NCBI GenBank assembly: GCA_963792965.1
Contig: CAWBYW010000030.1
Location: 1-64,000 of the forward strand
Source of the DNA: an uncultured delta proteobacterium
GTDB lineage: Bacteria; Desulfobacterota; Zymogenia; Zymogenales; Zymogenaceae
Length of the DNA: 64,000 bases
Direction of reading: 5' to 3'
The position numbers were made by a program, and so were the translations under genes. This document shows positions 19,376 through 29,124 of this stretch, piece after piece. Numbering within the stretch: the stretch's first letter is position 1; the number at the start of each line of letters is the position of its first letter. The notes beneath the pieces were generated by a model, which ran no database searches, was not told the DNA's origin, and saw only the letters and a program-made list of their open reading frames with translations.

Positions 19376-20320
19376 ATGAAAAGCATCTATCGCGTCTGTT
19401 ACGTAATCATCATTCTTTTGCCTCTGACAAGCATCTTCGCCCACGCACAGGAGCTTATCCTCACGGCCGGCCCCCGGGGGAGCGATGCCGTAGAGATCGG
19501 CCAGAGCCTCGCTGGCCTGCTCGGCGACAAACGGCTTATCGTGAAGATGACCACCACGTCTGGAGACACCCAGAGCATCGACAGTCTCGTCAAGGGATCG
19601 GCCGCGCTTGCCGTTGTCGACGGCTTCTCCGCATACGAGGCCTTCCTGGGCATCGGACCCTTCTCACGCACGAAGGGCAGGGGCTTCTCGGCCGTTGCCG
19701 TGGTCGGAATGAGCGTCGAGCACTTCCTGCTCCTTGCCCCGACGGCCGATAAGGGAGATATCACCGATTTCACGGGAAAGATCATTTACACCGGTCCCAA
19801 GGATGATCCCGCAAGCTCCGCCGCCCGGACGGCCCTCAGCTCATCGGGGATCGAATCATTCTCCGAGGTAGGGCAGGAGTGGGACCTTTCAACCGCGGCG
19901 GAACTGATGGTCGATGGGACGATCGACGGGGCGATACTCTCTGGCCCCGTCCCCCTTGCCCCCGTGACGCACCTCGGGACCGTTATGGGCAATCATATCG
20001 TGTTTCTCGAAGTGCCCGACTCTATCCTCATGAACATGCGGGCACAGTGGCCCATATGGTTCCCCTATACGGTACCCGGGAAGACATACCCGGACAGGGT
20101 CAAACCCTATAAGACCGTTGCCAGACCGATTATGCTCATAGCCGCCCAGGGGCTCGACACGAAGACGGTCAAGGGGCTGTTGACCAATCTCTTTGCCGAC
20201 GCCAACGCCCAGACCCTCTCGAAGCTCAGCTTCCCCGTTACGGAATCGATGAGCTTCACCTATTGCCCGATCAAGTTCCATCCCGGCGCAGCGGACTATT
20301 TCAGGGAGAAGGGGTATTAG
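19376..20320 (+). CDS. TAXI family TRAP solute-binding protein (divergent)
   Basis: Signal peptide ending AHA; GTIDGA, TVPGKTYP and C-terminal PIKFHPGAADYFREKG, typical of TAXI receptors. Confidence 0.78.
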   Translation: MKSIYRVCYVIIILLPLTSIFAHAQELILTAGPRGSDAVEIGQSLAGLLGDKRLIVKMTTTSGDTQSIDSLVKGSAALAVVDGFSAYEAFLGIGPFSRTKGRGFSAVAVVGMSVEHFLLLAPTADKGDITDFTGKIIYTGPKDDPASSAARTALSSSGIESFSEVGQEWDLSTAAELMVDGTIDGAILSGPVPLAPVTHLGTVMGNHIVFLEVPDSILMNMRAQWPIWFPYTVPGKTYPDRVKPYKTVARPIMLIAAQGLDTKTVKGLLTNLFADANAQTLSKLSFPVTESMSFTYCPIKFHPGAADYFREKGY

Positions 20321-20412
20321 ATGGCGAAGATCGATACCTTTTTCTCGCCTGAGCCCCTTCTTTCCCCTCGGGGCTGTTCCGAGAGACCCTCCGTTCGTCC
20401 GACGGACCGCAC

Positions 20413-21465
20413 ATGATTACGTTGACCTTTGAAGGAGACGCCCGGACTATCGGAATCGAGGAGGGAAGGGCCTATCGGGACTCTCTTGAGCGGATTATAT
20501 GGGGGGGCGCGATTCCCGATATCCCGTCGGAGGGCGCAAAGGTCGATCCGGAGCTCTTTAAGCGGGCGTTGGCCTCGGCGCTTCCCCACGAATGGGGGCG
20601 CATCGAAGCGATATGCAGGGGGGCGGTCCTTGACCCCACGGGTCTCCTTTCGATCTACGCGCGAGAGCTGGGCGTGGCGTTCCACTTTTCTCCCCCGACA
20701 ACCGCACTGATCGCCGCCCTTTCCCACGATCGTTTCGAGGGGGGCAGTCCCGCCGTCGGAGTGAACATCGATACCCCAATTTTCCTGTCTCCCTTCATCA
20801 CGACGAGGAAATATCACCCCCGGTCCGGGTTTTCCCGCATTGAGGTATCGTTGATTTCGACGGCGGGGGCGCTGGCGGGCCTTAACGATCAGGGGCTTGC
20901 CGCGGCGCTCTCGCTCAAACCCTACGAGGGAACAAAAGGCGGGTTTTTGCCTCTCTCGCTCATCGTCCGGGAGGTCCTCGTAAAATGCAAGGACGCCAAG
21001 GCCGGCCTCAGGCTGATCGGGTCCCTTGCCCGCGGTGCGTCGGGCACGATCGTCCTGACGGACATATATTCGATTGTGGTCGCGGAAATGACCCCGACCT
21101 CGCTTGAGGCCCGCGAGTTCAAGAACAATTTTCACATCCATACGGCGCATTTTCTGTTGCCGACCATGATGCCGCTGGATCTGCCTCACCGGACGACCTA
21201 TCCTGAGGCGTCACCTTCGGAACTCATCGGAAAGAGGGTCTATGAGCAAAGCGAGAAGAGGCTGGATCGGGCCTTTGAGCTGATTGATGCGAGAAAACAG
21301 TGGGATGCCGGAGGCCTCGGCGAGGTGTTGTCGGATCGGGAAAGCGAGATATGTCTCTCTTCCGGATTTTATAAGACTTGCATCTCTCTACTTCTGTTGC
21401 CCGCGCAAAAGACCGTCTTTGTCTCCACAGCAAAAAAAGAGAAGTTTACACGCATCTTCCTGTAG
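20413..21465 (+). CDS. Peptidase C45 / acyl-CoA:6-APA acyltransferase-like Ntn-hydrolase homolog, catalytic residues apparently substituted
   Basis: IGIEEG, IEAICRGA, GVNID, GLNDQGLA, IVREVL, HTAHF and SEKRLDRA follow the C45 motif order; there is no Cys at the expected cleavage site. Confidence 0.65.
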   Translation: MITLTFEGDARTIGIEEGRAYRDSLERIIWGGAIPDIPSEGAKVDPELFKRALASALPHEWGRIEAICRGAVLDPTGLLSIYARELGVAFHFSPPTTALIAALSHDRFEGGSPAVGVNIDTPIFLSPFITTRKYHPRSGFSRIEVSLISTAGALAGLNDQGLAAALSLKPYEGTKGGFLPLSLIVREVLVKCKDAKAGLRLIGSLARGASGTIVLTDIYSIVVAEMTPTSLEAREFKNNFHIHTAHFLLPTMMPLDLPHRTTYPEASPSELIGKRVYEQSEKRLDRAFELIDARKQWDAGGLGEVLSDRESEICLSSGFYKTCISLLLLPAQKTVFVSTAKKEKFTRIFL

Positions 21466-21567
21466 CCTCACCCGCAGCGAGAAGTGGCCTACTCGTGGAT
21501 TGCGGTCGCTTTCTCCCAGGTGGAAGCGGGGCCTGCCCGCAAGACACCCCACCGACGACGGACGAGG

Positions 21568-23280
21568 TCAGAGCCGCTGCCTCAGCACGCGCTTGAGGAC
21601 CTTGCCGGCCATGTTCGTCGGTATATCGTCGACAAAGCGCACCTCGCGCACGTGTTTGTAGTGAGCCAAGCGTTCATTTGCGAAGTCCATGATCTGTTGC
21701 TCGGACACATCCGCGCCCTCGGTCAATTTAACGAAGGCGACCGGGATCTCCCCTCCCTTCTCATCGGGCTTGCCCACCACGCCGCACTGCATCACCTTGG
21801 GATGCTCAAAGAGGACCTCTTCAATCTGACGGGGATAGACGTTGTAGCCCTTATAGATGATCATGTCCTTCTTGCGATCGGTGATGAAGAAGTACCCATC
21901 CTCGTCGTAGCGGCCGATGTCACCGGTATGGATCCAGCCGTCGATGAGCGTCCGCGCGGTCTCATCGGGATTATTCCAGTAGCCCTGCATGTTCTGGGGC
22001 CCCCTGACGCAGATCTCCCCCTCTTTCCCCGGGCCAAGGATCGCGCCCGTGGCAACGTCGACGACCTTGGCATAGGTGTCGAAGACGGGCAGCCCCACCG
22101 ACCCGGGCTTGAGCTCCTCGCGGGAAGGCGGGTTAGCCATGGCCAGCATCGAGGTCTCGGTCATCCCGAACGCCTCGGACACCAGCCCCGAAAACGACGA
22201 GAGCATCTTCCTGAGTACTTCCAGCGGCAGCGGCGCCGCCCCCGAGACCGCCAGCACGATCCTGCTCAGATCCACCTTCTTGAAGTCGGGGTGTTCCACG
22301 AGCGGCATGTAGAGCTGCGGCGCCCCGCCGAGGATATCGGCCTTGTATTTATCGACTGCGCGCAGATACTCGCCCGGGTCAAAGCGCGCAAAGACGATCG
22401 CCGTCGAGGCGGCGTAAACCGGCTGGTTGAGGTATCCCACGACCCCCATGGCGTGAAACCAGGGAACCACGACCAGCGCAACGAACCCCTCGCCCACGGC
22501 CGCCGTCCCCCCTCCGAACTCCTTCATGGTCACGGACATGTCGGTGGTAAGTATTCCGTCGTTATAGACGGGAACTCCTCCTGCAAACCAGTGGTAACTC
22601 TGCATGGTGTTTACGGCCACGTTGTAGTGCGTGAGCATCACCCCCTTGGCAAGCCCGGTTGTGCCGCCGGTGTAGGCCAGGTGAGCGAGGTCTCTTTTCG
22701 GGTCGATCGGCTCGTTGACCGGGTCGGGGCTTCCCTCCTGGAGGAGCGTGACGAAGTCCTCTCCTTTATCGATCGGGATCTTTTTGAGCGGCTTGACCGG
22801 CGCGGTCGCCGGGGGGTAACAGTCCGCGAGGCTTGTCACGATAAGGTTTTTGACCTTCGTCTTTGGAAGGCACGCCTTTACCGTCCCTAAGAAGAGGTCA
22901 AGGGTGATGAGCGTCTCGGCGCCCGAGTCGTTGATCTGGTGCGTGAGCTCCCGGTCGACCGACAGCGGCGAGCAGGGAACGAAGATCGCACCGAGCTTGA
23001 GAAGTGCGTAGTAGGCGATCATGAACTGCGGCGAGTTAACCAGATGGATGGCTACCCGGTCCCCTTTTTTCACGCCGCGGGCCTTCAATGCGTTGGCAAA
23101 TCGATGCGTCAGGGTGAGGACTTCCTGGTACGTGAGCTCCATACCGCCGAACCTGAGCGCCACCATATCGGGACGACGCGCGGCGGTGGAATTGAGGAAC
23201 TGATAGACCGGGATGACCGGGTAGTCGATCGAATGCGGCCTTCCCTTCGGCCAGGCTCTGTATATCTTCGATTCTTTCAC
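21568..23280 (-). CDS. Long-chain-fatty-acid--CoA ligase (AMP-binding)
   Basis: LAYTGGTTGLAKG, FGMTE, HTGD, DRKKD, PTNMAGK; GGAGGG before the GTG at 23280. Confidence 0.9.
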   Translation of the reverse strand: MKESKIYRAWPKGRPHSIDYPVIPVYQFLNSTAARRPDMVALRFGGMELTYQEVLTLTHRFANALKARGVKKGDRVAIHLVNSPQFMIAYYALLKLGAIFVPCSPLSVDRELTHQINDSGAETLITLDLFLGTVKACLPKTKVKNLIVTSLADCYPPATAPVKPLKKIPIDKGEDFVTLLQEGSPDPVNEPIDPKRDLAHLAYTGGTTGLAKGVMLTHYNVAVNTMQSYHWFAGGVPVYNDGILTTDMSVTMKEFGGGTAAVGEGFVALVVVPWFHAMGVVGYLNQPVYAASTAIVFARFDPGEYLRAVDKYKADILGGAPQLYMPLVEHPDFKKVDLSRIVLAVSGAAPLPLEVLRKMLSSFSGLVSEAFGMTETSMLAMANPPSREELKPGSVGLPVFDTYAKVVDVATGAILGPGKEGEICVRGPQNMQGYWNNPDETARTLIDGWIHTGDIGRYDEDGYFFITDRKKDMIIYKGYNVYPRQIEEVLFEHPKVMQCGVVGKPDEKGGEIPVAFVKLTEGADVSEQQIMDFANERLAHYKHVREVRFVDDIPTNMAGKVLKRVLRQRL

Positions 23281-23356
23281 GCTGTTTCCCTCCGGTAGCC
23301 TGCCATAGATCGCCGGCCCACGGCGGACGCACCCCGCGGGCACCGTCCCTCTTCTC

Positions 23357-25060
23357 TCAGAGCATTCCCCGCAGCTCTTTCTTGAGCACCTTCCCCGCCA
23401 TATTTACCGGCAGCGTCTCCAGAAAACGCACCTCCCGGATCTGTTTATACGGCGCCACCGTCGAGTTCACAAAGGCCTTGATCTCCTCGGCCGTCGCCTC
23501 CTGACCCGGCCGAAGCTGGACGAATGCGAGCGGGATCTCGCCCCCCTTCTCGTCGGGCTTTCCCACCACCGCGCACTGGAGCACCTTCGGGTGGGTGAAG
23601 AGGATTTCTTCGAGCTCCCGGGGATAGACGTTATAGCCCTTGTAGATGATCATGTCTTTTTTCCGGTCGGTGATGAAGATATATCCGTCCTGGTCCTCAT
23701 ACCCCACGTCCCCCGAGTGCACCCACCCGTCAATGAGCGTCCCCGCGGTCTCATCCGGCCGGTTCCAGTACCCCTGCATGCACTGGGGCCCCCTGATGCA
23801 GATCTCCCCGACGTTTCCGGGAGAGAGAGGGACGCCGGTCGCCAGGTCCACGATCGAAATCTCCGTATCGGTGACCGGTATGCCGACCGAGCCCACTTTT
23901 ATGGCTTCCCGGACCCCGGGGTTGGCCGCGGCGATGCACGTGACCTCCGTCATCCCGTATCCCTCGGTTACCACGCCGGGGAACGCATCCATCATCCGCC
24001 TCATGACCGCCTCCGGCAGCGGCGCGGCGCCCGAGATGATCGCCCTGACCGAAGAAAGGTCGGTCTTTGCGAATTCCGGGTGGTCGATCATCGGGATGAA
24101 GAGCTGCGGCGCCCCGCCGATGACCTCGGCCTTATACTTCTCGATCGAGTGGATAAAGGGGCCCGGGTCGAACCTCGGGAAGAGGATCATCGTATGGCCG
24201 GCGTAGACCTGGAGGTTGAGGTAGGCGATCGTCCCGAAGACATGAAACCAGGGAACCACAACAAGGGTTGTCATCCTGGCCTTCATGAAAAGCTGAGAGT
24301 CGGGTCCGACCTCCGAAAGGTCGGGAGAAAGTGGCTCGCCTTGCCCGGCAGGCTTGCCGCCCGTGTAGAAGTGAAAACACTGCAGGACGTTCGTCACGAC
24401 GTTGTAGTGGGTAAGCATGACCCCCTTGGAGAGGCCCGTGGTGCCGCCGGTATAGGCCAGGTGCGCGAGGTCATTCTTCGGGTCGATCGGCTCGTTGACG
24501 GGCTCGGGGCTTCCCTCTGCGACAAGCACGGTGAAATCCTCTCCCTGCTCGATGGGTAGCTTCCTGAGCGGCTTGACCCAGATGGAAAGCGGCGGGTAGT
24601 TATCCGCGAGGCTCGATACGATGAGGTTCTTGATCTCTATCTTCGGCAGCACGGCCTTTACCGTGGCGAAGAAGAGGTCGGTGGTAATAAGGGTCGTCGG
24701 CGCGGCGTCGGAGAGCTGGTATAAGAGCTCCCGCTCCGTCAACAGCGGGGAGCAGGGGACGAAAATTGCACCGAGCTTCATCGTGGCATAATAGGCGATC
24801 GCAAACTGCGGACTGTTCAGCAGATGGATCGCCACCCGATCTCCCTTTTTCACCCCCCGGGCCCTGAGGGCGTTGGCGAACCGGTGCACCAGATCCAGGA
24901 ACTCGCGATAGGTGATTTCCGTTCCTGAAAATCGCATCGCGACGGTGTCGGGCTGCCTGGCTGCAGCCGCGTTGAGGAGCTCGTAGATGGGCGCCTCCGG
25001 GTAGTCGAGGGTGCGGTGTACTCCCTTGGGCCATTTTGAGAAATGTCTTTTTTCTTTCAT
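23357..25060 (-). CDS. Long-chain-fatty-acid--CoA ligase (AMP-binding), paralog of the adjacent gene
   Basis: LAYTGGTTGLSKG, YGMTE, HSGD, DRKKD, PVNMAGK. Confidence 0.9.
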   Translation of the reverse strand: MKEKRHFSKWPKGVHRTLDYPEAPIYELLNAAAARQPDTVAMRFSGTEITYREFLDLVHRFANALRARGVKKGDRVAIHLLNSPQFAIAYYATMKLGAIFVPCSPLLTERELLYQLSDAAPTTLITTDLFFATVKAVLPKIEIKNLIVSSLADNYPPLSIWVKPLRKLPIEQGEDFTVLVAEGSPEPVNEPIDPKNDLAHLAYTGGTTGLSKGVMLTHYNVVTNVLQCFHFYTGGKPAGQGEPLSPDLSEVGPDSQLFMKARMTTLVVVPWFHVFGTIAYLNLQVYAGHTMILFPRFDPGPFIHSIEKYKAEVIGGAPQLFIPMIDHPEFAKTDLSSVRAIISGAAPLPEAVMRRMMDAFPGVVTEGYGMTEVTCIAAANPGVREAIKVGSVGIPVTDTEISIVDLATGVPLSPGNVGEICIRGPQCMQGYWNRPDETAGTLIDGWVHSGDVGYEDQDGYIFITDRKKDMIIYKGYNVYPRELEEILFTHPKVLQCAVVGKPDEKGGEIPLAFVQLRPGQEATAEEIKAFVNSTVAPYKQIREVRFLETLPVNMAGKVLKKELRGML

Positions 25061-25116
25061 ATGTATCCCCCCATGCTCCGGCGTGCCCTCACGGTCCGCC
25101 CCCGGCCTTTTTTGCG

Positions 25117-26370
25117 TCACAATCCCGATGAGCCCGGCCCTTTTTGTGAAAGTACCCTGAATCTCTTCTCCCAATCGATCCGCCCGGTCATCTGCATCAC
25201 AACAAAGAGTGTCACGATCGAGGCGACCGTGATGATGAGCCCCGTGTACCCCTTGAAGAAGAAGGAGTAGGAAAAGAGGATAAGGTAGACAAGCTGTGAA
25301 AGCCCCGCCTCAAAGAGGGCAAAGCGCATCCCCACCACGAGCCGGAGGTAGCTGATCACGAGAAACAGCGAGACGATCGCCGAGATCAGAAACGAGAGAT
25401 GGATGTCCAGGTGGTCGACGAGGTACGCCATGAGGAGGTGGAAGGCAAAAAACGCGCAGGCCAGGAAGAAGTAATTCATCGGGTGGATGTTGATTTCCCT
25501 GAGCGTGGTGATGATGAAGATGATGAAGAAGAAAAAGAGGAGCGATACCGGGGCAAAGAAGGTCATACGCTCGGCCATCGGCCCAGGATTGACCCTCTTG
25601 GGCATGACGATCCCGATGTGGCCTCCGGTGATCCGTTTTGTGAAGGCCCACACCAGCGTCTCCCCGTCTTTCGACTCCTCTTTGGTCGTGGGGGATATCG
25701 TCTCGGCGGGAAAATCGACGCCGGGAAACGCCGTCGTCACCTTCATGGTAAAATTCCTGACTTCCTCAACGGGCGAGTCCCCGAAGTAGTAGTGCCACTC
25801 GTCCAGCCCCCGCGATACGTAGGCCACCCTGAACTCGGCCCCACGATTCGGGGGAAGCGCCAGGTCGGTCACGACACCTTTGTCGGTCCAGGTCAGTTTC
25901 TTCACCTCTTTCCCGTCGATATAGATGTGGAAGTCGTCGTATTCGGCATTTGTCGCCGGAAGCGCGTGCGTGACCCGAAGGACGATCTCGCGCGGGGTAT
26001 CGTTGAGGACACGATAGGTCCCGTCGAACGCTACTACGTAAGTGGAGTACCAGAGGAGGCCCTTCTTTCGGTAGTCAAGGGTAAAGTGTGCGGAAATATC
26101 CGTTTTTTCAATCGGGAGATGAGCGGCGACAACGACCTTTTCCTTCCTCGTCTTTTTGGTTTTTTCGTCAATCGTGTCCGTCAGTACCGTGGTGGAATAG
26201 GAGAAGTCGGGCGGATGAATATACTGGATGTTTCCCCAGAGCTCGGCCACTTCTCCCTCGAGCGCCTCATCGGTATTGGCCGTCCTGAACTGAATGGATG
26301 TCCCGAGGATTACCCACGCAACGCCCGTGCAGAAAAAAATAAAGATGATCGCCGCGATCTTTCTTGCCAT
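25117..26370 (-). CDS. Inner membrane CreD-like protein
   Basis: N-terminal TM, periplasmic domain with YRKKGLLWYSTY, then about 6 TMs including IHPMNYFF and LMAYLVDH; ends TGRIDW, a CreD-like C-terminus. Confidence 0.72.
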   Translation of the reverse strand: MARKIAAIIFIFFCTGVAWVILGTSIQFRTANTDEALEGEVAELWGNIQYIHPPDFSYSTTVLTDTIDEKTKKTRKEKVVVAAHLPIEKTDISAHFTLDYRKKGLLWYSTYVVAFDGTYRVLNDTPREIVLRVTHALPATNAEYDDFHIYIDGKEVKKLTWTDKGVVTDLALPPNRGAEFRVAYVSRGLDEWHYYFGDSPVEEVRNFTMKVTTAFPGVDFPAETISPTTKEESKDGETLVWAFTKRITGGHIGIVMPKRVNPGPMAERMTFFAPVSLLFFFFIIFIITTLREINIHPMNYFFLACAFFAFHLLMAYLVDHLDIHLSFLISAIVSLFLVISYLRLVVGMRFALFEAGLSQLVYLILFSYSFFFKGYTGLIITVASIVTLFVVMQMTGRIDWEKRFRVLSQKGPGSSGL

Positions 26371-26376
26371 TCGGAC

Positions 26377-26418
26377 CCTCCGTTTAAGATGTCTCCGATA
26401 CTGACATCAAAACGGAGG
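26377..26418 (-). promoter_or_regulatory. Hairpin sequestering the Shine-Dalgarno of the creD-like gene
   Basis: mRNA CCUCCGUUU-U-GAUGUC-loop9-GACAUC-UU-AAACGGAGG, followed 6 nt later by AUG. Confidence 0.55.
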
Positions 26419-26503
26419 ATCGGTTCCGGGGCCACCCGACGGAGACTGGGTCTTCTCCGTTCTCCGCGCACGCGCGTGAAAAGGCACGCCTTGGCTTACC
26501 GAC

Positions 26504-27583
26504 CTATACGAATTTCCCCCGGGCGGCGATCTCCCACTCGCCTTCGACGACATCCCCGCGCATGGCGTAAAATTTGTCGTGGAGGTTGATGGTGGTACAG
26601 CCGTGGGTGGGGACGAGCTCGATTTTGTCGCCGATCTTCACCTTGGCGCCCGCGGGTAACGTCATATGTCCATGCTCTTCGGAGAGCGACGAGATTGTCG
26701 CCCCCTCCACCCCGAGGACCTGCGCCAGGCCGAATTCGTGCGTAAGTGACTTCATGCCGCAATCGAGTATCGCGTGGTCGCCGTGGACGGCGATGACCGT
26801 CGTGAGCATCGTCAACGCCTGTGCAAAGCCGAGGTTCAGGTACCCGTAGGTGACGTCCATCGTCAGGTAGGAGCCCGCCTGGATCTCGGTGATGCCGTCC
26901 ACCTTTGAGGACATGTCATAGGTGCCCGTCCCGCCCCCGGATACGATTGTAACCGGCAAACCCGCCTTTTCCAGCGCCTTCCTCACGTCCACGAGCGCCC
27001 CCATACACTCACGGGCGTTCTTCTCGCGCTCGGCCCTCTCGAAGGTGAAGATGATGTGGCCCTCGTAGCCCATGATCCCGGCAAACTCGATATTCTTCAT
27101 CTTCTTCATCTTTGTGGCCAGCGCGATCGCCTCGTCGGCCGACTTCACGCCGCAGCGGTGCATCCCGACGTCGACCTCGATGACAACCTTCAACACTTTG
27201 TCTCTCGATTCGGCGGCCGCCGCGAGTTCCATGAGGTTTCCCTCATCCTCCACGGCCACCTTGACGTCGGCGATATTCAACAGATCCAGGAGGCGCCTGA
27301 TCTTTCTTGCACCCACGACCTGGTTTGCGATGAGGATGTCGGCGATGCCTCCTCTCGCCATTACCTCGGCCTCGCCCACCTTGGCGCAGGTCACCCCGAT
27401 GGCGCCCGCCCGTACCTGCTTTCCGGCGAGGACGGGGCATTTGTGGGTTTTAATGTGCGGCCTGAGGTCGGCCTTCACCGTTTTGAAGAAGTCGGCTGCC
27501 TTTTTCAGATTGAACTCGATCTTGTCCAGATCAAGGAGGAGCGCCGGGGTGTCGATATACTGTTTTTCGTTCTTGATTCGCAT
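26504..27583 (-). CDS. DSD1 family PLP-dependent enzyme (D-threonine aldolase / D-serine dehydratase-like)
   Basis: DTPAL, LRPHIKTHK, EVDVGMHRCG, GYEGH, SGGGTGT, EIQAGSY, SEEHG, PTHGCTTIN. Confidence 0.9.
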   Translation of the reverse strand: MRIKNEKQYIDTPALLLDLDKIEFNLKKAADFFKTVKADLRPHIKTHKCPVLAGKQVRAGAIGVTCAKVGEAEVMARGGIADILIANQVVGARKIRRLLDLLNIADVKVAVEDEGNLMELAAAAESRDKVLKVVIEVDVGMHRCGVKSADEAIALATKMKKMKNIEFAGIMGYEGHIIFTFERAEREKNARECMGALVDVRKALEKAGLPVTIVSGGGTGTYDMSSKVDGITEIQAGSYLTMDVTYGYLNLGFAQALTMLTTVIAVHGDHAILDCGMKSLTHEFGLAQVLGVEGATISSLSEEHGHMTLPAGAKVKIGDKIELVPTHGCTTINLHDKFYAMRGDVVEGEWEIAARGKFV

Positions 27584-28951
27584 CTATTTCTCCTCATAGC
27601 CGGGGATCTTCTTGAAGATACCCGCAAAGTCAATTCCACTTTTCTGCATCCACCACTTTCTGGCAAGGTAGTAGAGGATAACCACAACCCCCCATCCGGC
27701 CAGCAGGAGGGGCAGTACGCGCAACTGGAGGACGATAAACGCGAGAAATATGACCGAGGCGACGATAGCGGCCCAGGAGAAGAAGGTGAGCCACTTTCTG
27801 CCGATCTTGAACGGCGCCTTCTCGTATCGGTCGGGGAAACGCTTCGGGAGCATCAAACAGGCAGCGGCAATGGTAAGGTTAGTGACCAGGAGCGCACCAA
27901 CTGCCAAGAACCCATAGAAATCAAGGCTCTGGTTGAACAGTAAAAGCCCTACGAACAGCGGGAAGACCACGAGGACCGCCCAGAGGGGCGTCCTGTTTTT
28001 CTTGGTCAGGTACTTGAAAACGGCCGGGACCATGTTGTCCCTCCCCTGCGCGAAGATCTCCCGGGGCATGGCCATGATCCCCGCGTTGATTGCCGTGATT
28101 CCCGCCCCCAGGGCGCCAAGGTTCAGGAAGTGGACGGCCCACTTCGGCAGGAAGAGCCCTCCGGCGTAGGCCAGCGGCGCAGGGAGAGTCTTGAGCATCT
28201 CCGGGTGATACCCCATAATCAGGTTGAACGTTACCGCCACTGAAAGATAGACGACGAAGATGATCACGGCCGAGATGGCGACGGACAGCGGGATATTTCT
28301 TTTGGGGTTATTCATCTCCTCGCCGACCTCGGCGATTACCGTGAAGCCGATGTAGGAGTAGTAGCAGAGGACCGAGCACAGGGCCAGCCCCCCCAGCCCG
28401 CCGGCAAGGAACGGCACCGCCGTCAGATCGGCCCGCGGCGCCCAGAAGAAACCCCAGACCGCAAACATGAGGAGCGCGATGACCTTGAGCACAACGATGA
28501 TGATCTGGACCATCTCCGCAAACAACAGGCCGAGGGCATTGATGATGACCAGAACGCCCACGAGTACAATCGTGACGATGAGCTCATTGACGGGCGGAGT
28601 GAGATAGAGATTGATATATTTGGCGATGCCCAGCCCCACCGTGCAGAGGGCCCCGACGATGGCAAGGCAGATGAACCACGAGGTGATGATTCCCCAGAAC
28701 GGCCCGAGGATACGGGAGGTAAGGACGTATCCACCGCCGGAACGGGGTATGCTGCTGCTGAGCTGGGAGACGGTCACCGCGTTGAGGGCGGCGACGACCA
28801 GGGCAAAGAAGAACGCCAGCGGCAGCGACGGACCGGTCAGGGAGGCCATCGAGTTGATCAGCACAAAAATCGACATACCGATGACGCTCCCCACCGTGAT
28901 GGCCACGGCACCGGTGAGGCTGACCGTCCTCTTGAGTTTCGTTTCTTCCAT
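27584..28951 (-). CDS. APC family amino acid permease
   Basis: About 12 TMs; GSVIGMSIF, PRSGGGY, YIGF...EEMNNPKRNIP; its stop abuts the start of the DSD1 gene. Confidence 0.9.
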   Translation of the reverse strand: MEETKLKRTVSLTGAVAITVGSVIGMSIFVLINSMASLTGPSLPLAFFFALVVAALNAVTVSQLSSSIPRSGGGYVLTSRILGPFWGIITSWFICLAIVGALCTVGLGIAKYINLYLTPPVNELIVTIVLVGVLVIINALGLLFAEMVQIIIVVLKVIALLMFAVWGFFWAPRADLTAVPFLAGGLGGLALCSVLCYYSYIGFTVIAEVGEEMNNPKRNIPLSVAISAVIIFVVYLSVAVTFNLIMGYHPEMLKTLPAPLAYAGGLFLPKWAVHFLNLGALGAGITAINAGIMAMPREIFAQGRDNMVPAVFKYLTKKNRTPLWAVLVVFPLFVGLLLFNQSLDFYGFLAVGALLVTNLTIAAACLMLPKRFPDRYEKAPFKIGRKWLTFFSWAAIVASVIFLAFIVLQLRVLPLLLAGWGVVVILYYLARKWWMQKSGIDFAGIFKKIPGYEEK

Positions 28952-29124
28952 GGTAAAACCTCTCCGAAGTAGGTAAAACGATCTATGAAAGAAGGCGAGA
29001 TGCAGACATATTAATCTGCCCGGCGGGAAAGTCAAGGATATATTTTTCTCTTTTCCGGCTGCATCCCCCTTGTTTTTGAATCGTCATGGATGTAGTATCA
29101 TCTATGTAAGTAAATTGCGGAGGT

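Noticed and set aside
20321-20416. 31-codon ORF bridging the TAXI stop and the C45-like start
   Set aside because: No RBS or recognisable content; it could be chance, although it would provide translational coupling.
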